Made by a program: the position numbers and the translations under genes | The notes under the pieces: generated by a model | The model's database searches: none | Told to the model about the DNA's origin: nothing | Seen by the model: the letters and a program-made list of their open reading frames with translations, nothing else | Source: Candidatus Versatilivorator sp. | GTDB taxonomy: Bacteria; Acidobacteriota; Terriglobia; Versatilivoradales; Versatilivoraceae | NCBI GenBank assembly: GCA_965207735.1 | Contig: OZ242296.1 | Coordinates: forward strand, 4,224,001-4,288,000 | Reading direction: 5' to 3' | Length of the DNA: 64,000 bases | In this document: piece by piece, positions 40,083 through 50,681 of the stretch | Numbering within the stretch: the stretch's first letter is position 1 | How the letters are laid out: the number at the start of each line of letters is the position of its first letter

Positions 40083-43000
40083 TCACGCTATGTCGATGTC
40101 CAGAGGAAGGCCCGACTCGCCCTTTTCCGCTTGGAAGGCGGTGGGCCAACCGCCGTGCAATTCAATGATTTCGTCGGCCTCGATCATCCGGCGGCGGGTT
40201 TCAGCTAACGCTGCAACGATTTTGCTGTAGTGTGCGACATCGTCCGCTGAGAGTCGGCGGCCTTTGCGGTCGTTCAACCACTTTTCCGCTGGGCGGTATC
40301 CCCCGATGGCAAAAGTGTATGTTTTCGGATCCACACCGTTGAAGTACTGAGCGCGGTTAATCCAGACGCGTCCCGGGCGACTGCCCTGCGGCGGTGTGTA
40401 GCGGACCCTTTCCACTTGGTTGCTGCCAGGAACGGGGGGACTCGCGCTAGCGTCCGTGCTCTCGATTTCCATCAAGTGAAGGCCGACGAGACGGGCTCCG
40501 AGTTGGCTGAGGTCCGCGAACAGGGCACGGTTGCCTGGCAACGGCACACGGGGATAATCCGACTTCAGGAAATCGGCATAGCGGCGGCGGTATTTAGGGC
40601 TGTGGAGGACGGCGTAGATGTAGTTCAAGACATCCTCTGGTCCAAACCCTTCCTCAAGGTTGCCGGGACCGTTGGATTGGAATCCTAGACCGACAGCGGA
40701 ACCGAACGCATTAACAAACTCCCTTTTAAGATTTACACGCCGCGCAACAATGGCTGAGGGCTTTAGGGTGTGCTTCAGGTAAAGATAGACAGGCAAAAGA
40801 CAATTGCCCCCACGTCGAAAGAGATTGAAATCCGAGCAAAGGCTTGAAACAAAAACAACGTCCCATGCGCTCGATCCAATAACTTGCCCGGCTCGCCCAA
40901 TGCATAACCCCAAATTCTCCCCCACCAGCATCTGCTGCATGACTTCCGGCCTAGGCCTACATATAAATCCACGGGACCTTCCGGTGTAATGAGTGAAGCG
41001 CTTGTCAAAGGGCCGGTAGAGAACGGGAACGACGCGCCCATCCGCGCGCAGCACATCTTCCTGTGCCAGACGAACTTTCCAATCACGAGCATCCTTCCCC
41101 AGCCCGTAAAACGACCGTGCGTCCTCGGTTTCTCGGTCTGCAAAGTCTGTCACGACTTGTTCCATTTCCTCACGGGTCCAGCATATCGCTAGTTTGTCAC
41201 GGGCGGTGACGATTCCCACTGAATTGATCGGGAAGATGTCAATAAGCGACCAACCAGCTTCGTACTCCTCATGCAGTGCCTCGTCCCGTGGAACGAACAG
41301 ACGTAGCGGCGGTTTGGAGAGCAGTTCCTTCCACTCCATGCTCCCTACATCGCCGGTGGCAAGCCTATCGTACTTGCCAGCGCCAGCAGTCTGTTCACGC
41401 ACACCCCAAAGGTTGGCGTGTTTGTATACGGGTCGGGTCGGTGAAGGGCCACTAGCAGCGGGGCACGCGAATAGGCCAACGGCCACCCCCTGCTGGATGT
41501 CGAAGACATTTTCGTCGTTACCTCCATCGGGCGCGCGTTCTTTCTTTTTCGCGTTGCCGTGCAGGTCGAGAAGGTACCCGACTGAAAGCGTGGCGATCAG
41601 GCTGTCGCGCATGCCACGGAAGGTCGGATTGTCTAAATAGCTATGGTTGGTGATGAAGCCGATCACACCGAGGCTCGTCCGTTCGATTTGCCAATGAGCA
41701 AGGCGAATGAACTTCACATAGTCATCGTTCAGCCACTTGGGGTTACGTTCATTTAGCGGGCTACCATCAACTTCGAAGTAGTTTTCAACTCGTCCCTCAC
41801 CCGCACTGCCACGCAGCAGGTCGCGAATCCATTCACCCTTGTTTGCAGAATGCCCCGAATAGGGCGGATTGCCGATAACGACCGTAAACCTCTGCCAATT
41901 CTTGACCTTGTTGACAGCGCGGGCCTCATGTGCAAGTGCCGGCAGAAAGTCCAGTGTCATCTGCTTGGAGCCCGCCGGTTCCAGGGCGTTCGTCAAAAAG
42001 ATACGCGCCCGCTCGTCGCTTTGGAAGCGATAACCGGTCCCGTAGAGCTTAAGGCCGACCTTGAGGTGTGCGATAGCGTAAGGGGCCATTAGAAGTTCGT
42101 AGCCGTGCAGGCGTGGCAGAAGGTGTCTGCGAACATACTCGTTCCACAGCGGTGCGATTTGGCTATCACGGAGACCGTGTGCTCGCCACCTCTTGAGGAG
42201 CGTTCCGTGGATTACGTCGATGGCCTCGATTAGGAAGGTGCCGGTACCCGCAGCCGGGTCGAGAATCTGGACGAAATCTTGGTTGGGTGACAGGCCATCG
42301 GGAATCTTTAGATTCTTGTGGCGCTCCGCCATCTCACCCCAGGTCGTGGTATCCGCCAAGCCATCAGCAAGTCCAAACTCCTTGCGAAGCAACTTGTCTA
42401 CCGACCGAACGATGTATGTAACCACCGGACGCGGGGTGTAGAAAACACCACGCTGCATGCGCTTCTCCGCGTCGTACTCCTTTAGGAACCATTCGTAGAA
42501 GTGAATGACTGGATCTTCCCGCGGGTTCCGGTCACCGAAATCGCGGATGACCGCCTCCATGTTGGCGTTGTCGAGCAAGTCAACAACCTCAGCAACGCCC
42601 AGTTCGTCGAAATCGATTCCAGAGTTGTAATTCTTGCTCTTAGTGCCGCCGATATGAAGGAACGCTTCCATCAGCTCGCGGAGAAACGGATTGGTGCGCA
42701 TGTGCCCGGCGAAGTCGTCGGCCGTCTTCTTCTGCGGGTCGGCAATGCGAGCTGAGAGCAGGCCGTAAGTGATAGTCTGGGCATACATGTCGGAGAAACT
42801 TTCGGAATCTAGGTCATGCAGTAGCGTCTGTTGGAACGCCTTCACGAGTCTTGTGACGGGCCCGTCTGCGGTTTCGATATCAAGTACGGCGCGAATTCGG
42901 TTGCGGATGGCGCGGGCCAACCTGGCTAAGCGCACAGACAGATCACGCGATGTAGTGACCACTTCCTGGTGGCGAAGGGTAAAGGCAGAACGCCACTGTT

Positions 43001-43604
43001 CGCGCCAAGAGTTGGCATTGTCCTCATCCTCGGGCCAAGCAAGGCTCTCTGTCAGTTCACGGGCTACGTGATCCAGGTGCAGCACGGTATCGCGGTCGTC
43101 CCAACCGAGCACCTTAAGGGTAGGCAGCTCTCGGCTTCCGGCAGGGGCGGCGAAGTGGGCGAAGCTAATCTGGCGAACCTCGCCCTCCCCGTAGTTCGAG
43201 ATGAACAGCAGGTCTTCCGCAGCCCAAGCTTGCCGCTCTGCACTGTTGGCGGACGCACGTTTCTTGAGCGCCACCCGCCCCAGGATGCTGCGCAACGCCA
43301 CCACGGGAAGGCGCTTTGGCTCAAACTTCACGAAGAAGACACCCCAGGGCTGGTTTGTTGCCAACGGGCGTAGGCGCTTGATTTCTTGAATTTTGGCTGC
43401 GTTTCTTACGTCTATGCCGAGTTCTTCCGGCGTGTACTCGAAGGTCAGTTCCTCGAAGTCCTCGCTGTCGATTGGCCAATACATCTCGTCGCGTAGAAAC
43501 ACGATCAACTGGTCGAACCGCTGGATGGCCGCAAGCTCGGTGCGGTGGTCGGTAGGCATGGGTTCAGTCTCCACTCCAAACGCGTTACGTCCTGCCATCA
43601 ACAC
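40083..43604 (-). CDS. N6-adenine MTase with Type ISP-like C-terminal TRD, no helicase (start possibly 43559)
   Basis: RGVFYTP, ILDPAAGTGTFL, IGNPPY, DENVFDIQQG, IGGYRPAEKWLNDRKGR. Confidence 0.9.
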   Translation of the reverse strand: MLMAGRNAFGVETEPMPTDHRTELAAIQRFDQLIVFLRDEMYWPIDSEDFEELTFEYTPEELGIDVRNAAKIQEIKRLRPLATNQPWGVFFVKFEPKRLPVVALRSILGRVALKKRASANSAERQAWAAEDLLFISNYGEGEVRQISFAHFAAPAGSRELPTLKVLGWDDRDTVLHLDHVARELTESLAWPEDEDNANSWREQWRSAFTLRHQEVVTTSRDLSVRLARLARAIRNRIRAVLDIETADGPVTRLVKAFQQTLLHDLDSESFSDMYAQTITYGLLSARIADPQKKTADDFAGHMRTNPFLRELMEAFLHIGGTKSKNYNSGIDFDELGVAEVVDLLDNANMEAVIRDFGDRNPREDPVIHFYEWFLKEYDAEKRMQRGVFYTPRPVVTYIVRSVDKLLRKEFGLADGLADTTTWGEMAERHKNLKIPDGLSPNQDFVQILDPAAGTGTFLIEAIDVIHGTLLKRWRAHGLRDSQIAPLWNEYVRRHLLPRLHGYELLMAPYAIAHLKVGLKLYGTGYRFQSDERARIFLTNALEPAGSKQMTLDFLPALAHEARAVNKVKNWQRFTVVIGNPPYSGHSANKGEWIRDLLRGSAGEGRVENYFEVDGSPLNERNPKWLNDDYVKFIRLAHWQIERTSLGVIGFITNHSYLDNPTFRGMRDSLIATLSVGYLLDLHGNAKKKERAPDGGNDENVFDIQQGVAVGLFACPAASGPSPTRPVYKHANLWGVREQTAGAGKYDRLATGDVGSMEWKELLSKPPLRLFVPRDEALHEEYEAGWSLIDIFPINSVGIVTARDKLAICWTREEMEQVVTDFADRETEDARSFYGLGKDARDWKVRLAQEDVLRADGRVVPVLYRPFDKRFTHYTGRSRGFICRPRPEVMQQMLVGENLGLCIGRAGQVIGSSAWDVVFVSSLCSDFNLFRRGGNCLLPVYLYLKHTLKPSAIVARRVNLKREFVNAFGSAVGLGFQSNGPGNLEEGFGPEDVLNYIYAVLHSPKYRRRYADFLKSDYPRVPLPGNRALFADLSQLGARLVGLHLMEIESTDASASPPVPGSNQVERVRYTPPQGSRPGRVWINRAQYFNGVDPKTYTFAIGGYRPAEKWLNDRKGRRLSADDVAHYSKIVAALAETRRRMIEADEIIELHGGWPTAFQAEKGESGLPLDIDIA

Positions 43605-43668
43605 TTAGACTGCCGCCACGTTGCAGGGCAATCTAAGCCCGAGGAATAGACAAATTCTGAATAGACGC

Positions 43669-44916
43669 TTAAAACAAATCCCTCAAATCGTCTTCGGACT
43701 CACTTCCGGATCCGCCGGAAGGTGGTTCCGTAGACTGGGGTAAATCGCCTCGCGTGATTGTCAACTGCCGCTCTTGTTTAAGTTTTTTGAAACGCTCAAT
43801 AAACGCGCACTGGCCGCTGGCACTGAAATATACCCACCGGGTAGCGCGGGTAATGCCGACAAACAGCCATCGCTCCAGCCGGTTCACGTGCAGAAATTTC
43901 GGGAACTTGTTCCTCCTCAACAGGGGCATCAATACCGTGTCAAAAGTCAATCCTTTGGCGCTCGGATACGCCATGACCTTTGGGCGCGAAGTGCTGAAGT
44001 CAATGGTTGGTGATGGGTTCGCCTTCACTCTTCCCGGTTGGGATGGAACCTCAACCTCCAAGCCGACTTCTTTCAGAGCATTGGCATAGCCATAGACGTG
44101 CCTTTTCGTTGGAAACAGGATGGCCACCCGGTCACCTTTGTCGATGCAGGTGCGAACCATCTCGATCATGTGGTGGCGTTCGTCCTCAAAGCTTTGGGCG
44201 ATGTACAGCAGCGGGCTTTGCCGCTCGCCTTTTTCGATTGGTGGATTTTGTGCGATGAAGGCTTGGCGTTCCGACTCGTCACGAATAAAAGCTGCCGCTA
44301 CGCGTACGATGTAGGGTGAGCAGCGATAGGCGTCGAGCAGCGTCAGGTTGCGTTTGTGTAATCCCAAGGTGGCCAGGACACTCGCCTCATCAACACCTTT
44401 TTCGTAGACTTGCTGCTTGTGATCCATGAAGACCGTGACATGCTTCGCCACGGCTTTGAGGATTTCGTATGCTCGAGTGTCGAGGTCCTGTCCTTCGTCG
44501 ATCATCGCAAAATCGTAGAGTCGGGTGGAGTGCTTCAGAGAGCGTACCTTTTCCCATACTGCTTGGCGGATTGCCTCGAAATCAGGGCCTTGTTTCGCCC
44601 GGGGAAGCCTTCTATCAATCCACGCTTCATGGAATCTTCGACACCAATCGTCGAAGGTAAGGACGCAGTCATCGGGGAGTCTGAGATCCTTGAGAGCTGT
44701 ACGGATATATGCCTTCAGGGTCTTGGTGAACACAAAAATCCGGTATCGTTCCGGCGGGACACGAAATTCATCAACTAGGTGCCTCGACCGGTGCAACAGG
44801 ACTATGGTCTTCCCGGATCCTGGCGAACCAAGCACCAGGCGATGTGCTCTTGGGTGCATCACGACCGCACGGACTTGCTCGACGGTCAGTTCATTGCGGG
44901 GGATGAGCCAACTCAT
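43669..44916 (-). CDS. Compact SF1 (UvrD-like) helicase
   Basis: GSPGSGKT, IDEGQD, DHKQQVY, YRCS, SAKGLTFD, FVGITRA; ATGA overlap with the Hsp70 gene. Confidence 0.88.
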   Translation of the reverse strand: MSWLIPRNELTVEQVRAVVMHPRAHRLVLGSPGSGKTIVLLHRSRHLVDEFRVPPERYRIFVFTKTLKAYIRTALKDLRLPDDCVLTFDDWCRRFHEAWIDRRLPRAKQGPDFEAIRQAVWEKVRSLKHSTRLYDFAMIDEGQDLDTRAYEILKAVAKHVTVFMDHKQQVYEKGVDEASVLATLGLHKRNLTLLDAYRCSPYIVRVAAAFIRDESERQAFIAQNPPIEKGERQSPLLYIAQSFEDERHHMIEMVRTCIDKGDRVAILFPTKRHVYGYANALKEVGLEVEVPSQPGRVKANPSPTIDFSTSRPKVMAYPSAKGLTFDTVLMPLLRRNKFPKFLHVNRLERWLFVGITRATRWVYFSASGQCAFIERFKKLKQERQLTITRGDLPQSTEPPSGGSGSESEDDLRDLF

Positions 44917-47312
44917 TGTCGCCTTACGATTTCAGCTCTGGTATCTGGCAAGTCACCGCTGGCAGAGATGGCCGAAGTCTTCTCCCGGCGCGAACGTTCC
45001 TCATTGGCCTCCTGCTCTCGTTCGCCGTCACGGGCAAGCCTGGCACCGGTCAGATACCAAACCAGTTCAAAGTCACTCAAAGTTGCCAGAGGCTCAAACA
45101 TACCGAAAGCTTTGTCAAGCAGGCTGTCGCGCAGTAATGGTTGCTTCAGCTTCTCAGCCAAAGTCGCTTTGAGAACCCAACAAGGTGGATCGGGATCGAT
45201 GGAGATGGCCTCGTCAATTACCCGTATTGCTTCATCCAACTTGCCCTGACCTCGCTTCGACAATGCAAGGTTGAAAAACGAACCGTTCCAGCGGCGCCAA
45301 ATGAGGGAGGCCTCTCGGTAAAATTTCTCTTCACGTTCGTAATCCCCCACCTCGCCACAGATGATGCCCATGCGGTGGAGAATTCCGCCATCCGGCCTGG
45401 GGCTGTTCAAACGGCTCAATAGATACAGCGCCCTTTCGTACCTACCCAGGTCTGCTTCCAGCAGGGCAATCTGCTTTACGGTTTCCCGTTGTTGCTGTCC
45501 TGTCATCTCTTGCTCTGTGCGCATTTGCTCTTCCAACTCGAGAATCCGGTTGCGCTGAGCGTTTGGATTCACCACGTTCGTCAAGGGGTTTGCGATCTCA
45601 CCATGAAACTCCCCCCGATCAAGATCATTCATCAGGGCAAGACGGAGATGGAGCACTTGGTTGCCGTCCATGCGGTAACGCAGTCTCAGTGGATCACCCT
45701 TGGAGACGATCGGTGGGATTTCCCAGAGCCGTTCCATCAGGACATTCTTGTGAGAATCTTGTAACTCCACACGAAGCTCCACCGTCTCGGTCAGGCCGGT
45801 TTTCGGAACGAACAGGTCGTTTTTCTGCGCCCAATCCTTGTTGGATGGATACGGAAGTTCGGTTCCAGATCTAATCAACTCCACTGCGCCACCTGAAGTC
45901 TGGATGTTGATGCTGTCGCTCGTGACAGGGCAGAAGATGCCCTGTTTGTACAGGGCCAGCGACAACGCCTGCCAAGCCGCACCTTGGGCGACGGCGGTCT
46001 GAGTCTGCTCCAAGTCATAGAAGCGCAAGAACCGTGCTTTTCTGAAGAAGCCCTCAACGGTCTCCCTAACCTGTGGGATGAGGCTGCTCCCGCCAACCAT
46101 CAGACAAAGGTCGACGTCGTGTGGTTCCAGCCTTGCGCGTTCCAACGCATCTTGCAATGGGGCAAAAATCGAACAGGTCCGAAAGTAGTCGGTCTCTCGG
46201 GGGTAGGGGAGATCTTTGTCGAAGAAGGGTTCCAGAACCTTCTCAAGCTGGACCGCGCTCAACGTGGGCGATTGCAGCCGTAGCGTACGATCTGGCAGAG
46301 AGCAGGAATAAAAATTAGGGATTTTCCGAATCAGGTTAGCACGTTCCTTATCGTAGAGATCAGATTTTTTTAGGCGGGTAATCTCTTGGCACAGGCCGAT
46401 CTTCAAGGATTCGGCAGCACCAAGCAGCGCAGGCATCACCCAGTTGGATTTCTGGCCGTAGTCCAAATCTCGGGCGTTCGATCCATTTTGCTCGATCAAT
46501 TGGGGAAGCAGCACCTCGGCGACAATTGCCCGGTCAATGTCGCCGCCGCCAAGTCTGAGGTAGCGGGAAACGGTAAGGGGTGCGATTCTAACCGGACGCC
46601 CGGGTTTTGCGGGCAGCAGTTGAAAGAGGGCAACGTCGCAGGTGCCGCCGCCAAAATCGAAAACCACAAACCGCTGAGGCGATGAGACCTCCGCAAAAGC
46701 TCGTTTGCCGTGAGCAACGAGGTAGGCGATGAAAGCGGCAATGGGCTCGTCCACCAAGCCGCCCTCAAGCAACTCAACGCCGGCGAGCGCCGCCGCCTGC
46801 ACAGTGTCCTGCCTCTGGGCAGCCTGGAAAGAGGCGGGCGTGGTGACCACCGTTGTTGTCACCGGTGTGGGGTCCTCGGTGAGTGCTGCGTCCATAAGGA
46901 ATTTCAGCAGGCATCCGCCGATCGTCTTGGCGGAATTAAGGCCGTCCGGTGCCTTATGGTAAGTCCGGCGGACGCCAATGTCGTTCTTGCACTCCCAGAA
47001 GATGTTTCGGTTCTGCTCCAGGTCACTGTCACGCAGGCGGGTGCGCAGCCTCTTCGCCCCCTCCCCAACAAGCCGTTTGCCGTCGTGTAGCGCCACCACC
47101 GACGGTACCAACGTGTGGATATAAGGGCCTTGCTGCGTGTCTTGTTCGACTTCGAGGCAACGGACCTCCGGCAGATTCGTGCCGCCGGGTTGCATGAGGA
47201 TTTCAGCGATGGCCGAATTGGTTGTGCCTAGGTCGATGCCGACGACCCGTACGGGCTCGTTCGGTGCTCGAACCCTGACATTTTCTGGTGTGACCAGTGC
47301 AAGAGTGTTCAT
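44913..47312 (-). CDS. Atypical Hsp70/DnaK-family ATPase with C-terminal TPR repeats
   Basis: GIDLGTTNS, TPASF, DEPIAA, FDFGGGTCDV, LGGGDID, VGGSSLIP, AVAQGAA; TPR-like helices at the C-terminus. Confidence 0.9.
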   Translation of the reverse strand: MNTLALVTPENVRVRAPNEPVRVVGIDLGTTNSAIAEILMQPGGTNLPEVRCLEVEQDTQQGPYIHTLVPSVVALHDGKRLVGEGAKRLRTRLRDSDLEQNRNIFWECKNDIGVRRTYHKAPDGLNSAKTIGGCLLKFLMDAALTEDPTPVTTTVVTTPASFQAAQRQDTVQAAALAGVELLEGGLVDEPIAAFIAYLVAHGKRAFAEVSSPQRFVVFDFGGGTCDVALFQLLPAKPGRPVRIAPLTVSRYLRLGGGDIDRAIVAEVLLPQLIEQNGSNARDLDYGQKSNWVMPALLGAAESLKIGLCQEITRLKKSDLYDKERANLIRKIPNFYSCSLPDRTLRLQSPTLSAVQLEKVLEPFFDKDLPYPRETDYFRTCSIFAPLQDALERARLEPHDVDLCLMVGGSSLIPQVRETVEGFFRKARFLRFYDLEQTQTAVAQGAAWQALSLALYKQGIFCPVTSDSINIQTSGGAVELIRSGTELPYPSNKDWAQKNDLFVPKTGLTETVELRVELQDSHKNVLMERLWEIPPIVSKGDPLRLRYRMDGNQVLHLRLALMNDLDRGEFHGEIANPLTNVVNPNAQRNRILELEEQMRTEQEMTGQQQRETVKQIALLEADLGRYERALYLLSRLNSPRPDGGILHRMGIICGEVGDYEREEKFYREASLIWRRWNGSFFNLALSKRGQGKLDEAIRVIDEAISIDPDPPCWVLKATLAEKLKQPLLRDSLLDKAFGMFEPLATLSDFELVWYLTGARLARDGEREQEANEERSRREKTSAISASGDLPDTRAEIVRRQ

Positions 47313-47347
47313 GCTCCTGTCCCTGAATTAGTGATTGAGAACTCCGC

Positions 47348-50300
47348 TCAGCCGTTCAGTTCCATCCAACACTTCAGTGACGGCTTTATTCCTACCGGGG
47401 CATCGACCCGCCTGAGATAGGTGTTCTTGATATGTCGTTGGACCTTGGTTCGCGTTTCGATGAGAGTTTTCTCTTCCATAGCGCATTTGCGAGGGATCTT
47501 ATGCTTGGAGCGAATGCTTGCGACGATCTCTCCCGGCTCCTCGACGATTACGTTTCGATCAAGATCGTAGAGGTACCATCGTGTGGACCCTGCCTCCTCG
47601 CTAAAGGTACCGGTTTCTTTGTCGAGGGCTGGTAGCGCATAGCAGAAGAACACACCGCGCGCGCCTTTGGACAATCGCTCACGACCACTGAAAGTAGCGC
47701 CGGGCAGGCGATTGAGACGCGTTTCCAGATCAGGATCATCCCGCTGCAAGGCTTGGTATTCGAGATGCATGTTTTCAATCTCGGTACGCGTCCCCTCATA
47801 GGCGTGGTTGAATTCCCTAAGGGCATCGAAGTTGTCCTTGGGCGTGAGAAGCTTCCTGCCTTCGATTCCAAACGTCTTTGAGATTCGGAGGGTCTTCTGG
47901 GTAACCCTGGTGTAGAGTGTGAGGATGGCGTTCAGCTCTTCAGGAGGCAGAAAGTTCCAATAACTCACACTGCCACGAGAGGCGGCGACCTCCGGGTGTT
48001 CTGCGATCAGACGTTTTTCGACCTCCAGGTTCATGCGGCGGTCAACCCGTCCTATGCGCTGCATTAGCCGCACCGGGTTCCAGTGGATGTCGTAGTTGAT
48101 CATGCGAGAGGCGTCCTGAAGGTTCAGTCCTTCCGAAAGAACATCGGTTGAGATCAGAACGCGAATTTTCTTTAGGCCAGATTCTGCAAGCTCAGTCGAG
48201 GAGGACCCATTGTAGAACGGTGAAAATTGCTGGATTACCTCAGCTCGGTTGGCTTTGGTTGCACTGTCCAGTTGGGCTACTCCGTCGATTCCGCCATGGT
48301 CGAGTTGGCGTTTGAGATAACGAGCCGTGTCGGCGAACTCAGTGAAGATGAGCACCTTCTGGTCGTCCAATTCCTTGGTCTTGAGCAACCGGATGAGCTT
48401 TTGAAGCTTGTCGTCCTGCTTGGGCTTAAACCTCCGAGCCTCGCCGAGAAATTGAACGATCTGGTCAAGATCCAGATAGGTCTCCAATATCATCTCTTCG
48501 ACGTTGTACTGGTCACGGTCGAGCCGCTCGACGGCGTCGAGCATTTCCGGTGGCACGATGTCTTCGTCTTCGGGTTCGTCGTCATCCCCGCCCCAAAGGT
48601 CGAGTTGGCGTTGCTTTGTGTACCCCAAAATCTCTGCGTTTTGCGTCTCCCACCGAGTGTGTAGTCTTTTTTCGCCATCAGTCACGCTATGGACCTTAAT
48701 GAAGGCAAGCAGCTTTTTCAGGAGCCGGTTGCAGGATAGCTCGAAGGCCACGACGGAACTCTCGAAGCGCTTGAGAAAATTGGTCCGGATCAGACCCACA
48801 ACCTGCTGCTGCCGGTTCTGTTCGAAAGCGTCTATTTCTTCGTCTGGACCCTTGTACCAGTGAAGTGGATAGTACATGGGAAGCGTGAAGAGTGGATTCT
48901 CACGCTGGAACGCCTTCTGGAAGAGTTGCAGCAGCCGACCATAGGTCTTATGGATTGAGTAGGCAGCAACCTTTGGAGCTTTGCGTTCCGGAAAGGCGGC
49001 GGCCTGGCCAGTCTCGCGGATCTGGCTCTCGCGGGCGTAGGCGCGGCTACGCTGGACCACAAGTTGTCGAAAGATCGCGTCTGTCGAAAGTGTCTCATGA
49101 GCTTCGCTCATTTGCTCGGTAACGTCAGTCACGGTGTGCCCTATGCGCTGACGAAATGCCTGTTCCATCTGATTGACGTGGGCACGCAGGTTGTTGACAC
49201 CGAGGGTCCGGGCAAAATAGGCTTGGTCCCGCCGGGTGAATAGTTCAACCATGTGGCGGAAGTCGCTCAGCCGGTTGTTGATTGGGGTTGCGGTGAGCAT
49301 GAACAGGGTCTTGCGCCGCACCGAGTTGTCGAGAAGATCGTATAGGCGGTAATAGCGGGAGGGCTCCCTTCCGTTATCGCTACCGCGTGAGCCCGGATTC
49401 CTGAAGTGGTGGGCTTCGTCAATGATCACAACGTCGGCCAATTCGGCAATTCGCTGGAACCGAGCCGGGAAATCGCCCTTCCTGGATAAATCAGTATGAC
49501 TGAAGACGGCTAGGTTGCTGAAATCGGCGCGGCTCCCGACACCGCCGATGTGAGGCAGCCATTCCTTCAAGTGGGGTTCCCAAACTCCTTCTTTCGCAGC
49601 CTTGGGTGCAAACAGCGCTACTCGCCTGCCTTCGTGGAGCACCAAACGCTCTATGAGCATGAGCCCGACGAAGGTCTTGCCAAGACCCACGCCGTCGCAG
49701 AGGAATGCGCCACCGTGCTGACGAGCGATCTTCATGAGCCCCCAATACGCTTCCTGTTGGTAGCGGTCGAGGTGGTGGAACATTCTGGATTTCGTTTCAT
49801 CCCATTCAGTTGCGGTCAGTTCGTGGCCACGAAAGAACTCCTGCAGGGCCTTCGCGTACACTTCAAAGGGTGAATGAAGACGGATGTGCCGTTCGACCGT
49901 CTCTATGACGGCGTCGGTAACTTCTTTGGCTTCTTTCCAATGGGCCTCGAACCACTCTTGAAGTTGGGATACCTCACGAGCGCTTTGGATTTGCACGTTG
50001 AGCTCGATGTTCTCCGTGAGTCCCGGTTTGGTGAAGTTGCTGGAACCTACCAACGCCTGTGAACCGACGACCGCAAGCTTGGCATGGGTTATGGAGGTCT
50101 TCGCATGAAACTTGCCCTTGTCGTAGATCCGGCACTCGATTTGACCCCGCCGCAGACCCTCGAGAACAGCAGGGACGCCGTGCAAGAAGGGGTTGTCTTG
50201 CTTGTCGTACTCAATGCTCTGGTTAAGAATTTCTACAGCCCGCGAACGCACCGAGTCGAGTAGCGCCCTGCGTGTGCGGTGAGTTGTTTCAGCTCCCATT

Positions 50301-50491
50301 AGCACTCGGATCTTCTCAAGGCCTTGCCACTTTCCGTCCAATGCGAGCAATGAACCGATCTCGAAGAATCCCGTTGCCACGTCGAATGCTCTGGCGATAT
50401 CGGCCCACTCTTCGAGGTACCGTAGTCCGGTCCATCCGGAAATGCTGTTGTCAACGATGAACAGACTACGCCCTGCGGAGTTAGCATTCAT
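47348..50491 (-). CDS. PLD-nuclease + SNF2-family helicase
   Basis: ATGFF, FHAK, GSSNFT...ENIELN; DGVGLGKT, DEAHHFRN, LTATP, SEGLNLQ, WNPVRLMQRIGRVDR. Confidence 0.92.
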   Translation of the reverse strand: MNANSAGRSLFIVDNSISGWTGLRYLEEWADIARAFDVATGFFEIGSLLALDGKWQGLEKIRVLMGAETTHRTRRALLDSVRSRAVEILNQSIEYDKQDNPFLHGVPAVLEGLRRGQIECRIYDKGKFHAKTSITHAKLAVVGSQALVGSSNFTKPGLTENIELNVQIQSAREVSQLQEWFEAHWKEAKEVTDAVIETVERHIRLHSPFEVYAKALQEFFRGHELTATEWDETKSRMFHHLDRYQQEAYWGLMKIARQHGGAFLCDGVGLGKTFVGLMLIERLVLHEGRRVALFAPKAAKEGVWEPHLKEWLPHIGGVGSRADFSNLAVFSHTDLSRKGDFPARFQRIAELADVVIIDEAHHFRNPGSRGSDNGREPSRYYRLYDLLDNSVRRKTLFMLTATPINNRLSDFRHMVELFTRRDQAYFARTLGVNNLRAHVNQMEQAFRQRIGHTVTDVTEQMSEAHETLSTDAIFRQLVVQRSRAYARESQIRETGQAAAFPERKAPKVAAYSIHKTYGRLLQLFQKAFQRENPLFTLPMYYPLHWYKGPDEEIDAFEQNRQQQVVGLIRTNFLKRFESSVVAFELSCNRLLKKLLAFIKVHSVTDGEKRLHTRWETQNAEILGYTKQRQLDLWGGDDDEPEDEDIVPPEMLDAVERLDRDQYNVEEMILETYLDLDQIVQFLGEARRFKPKQDDKLQKLIRLLKTKELDDQKVLIFTEFADTARYLKRQLDHGGIDGVAQLDSATKANRAEVIQQFSPFYNGSSSTELAESGLKKIRVLISTDVLSEGLNLQDASRMINYDIHWNPVRLMQRIGRVDRRMNLEVEKRLIAEHPEVAASRGSVSYWNFLPPEELNAILTLYTRVTQKTLRISKTFGIEGRKLLTPKDNFDALREFNHAYEGTRTEIENMHLEYQALQRDDPDLETRLNRLPGATFSGRERLSKGARGVFFCYALPALDKETGTFSEEAGSTRWYLYDLDRNVIVEEPGEIVASIRSKHKIPRKCAMEEKTLIETRTKVQRHIKNTYLRRVDAPVGIKPSLKCWMELNG

Positions 50492-50681
50492 ACGATCCTC
50501 TCGGTTCCGTCCCACGCAGCAGCTCCAACATCATCGTCAGCTTCGCCGGGCCGACCACCGTCCCTTCCTCCTACCCATGGACTTAAGGGCCGCCTCGACG
50601 CCCGTTGGGCGACCGGAGGTGCTCCTGAGGCTCCATTCCTTCTCTTGGACATGGACCAAGCGTGATCCTTCTCCCCTGTAG

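Noticed and set aside
44913-47312. Housekeeping dnaK
   Set aside because: Divergent substrate-binding region, TPR tail, no dnaJ/grpE, located in an island
40083-50515. DISARM or BREX
   Set aside because: No recognisable DrmA/DrmB (DUF1998), PglZ or BrxC genes
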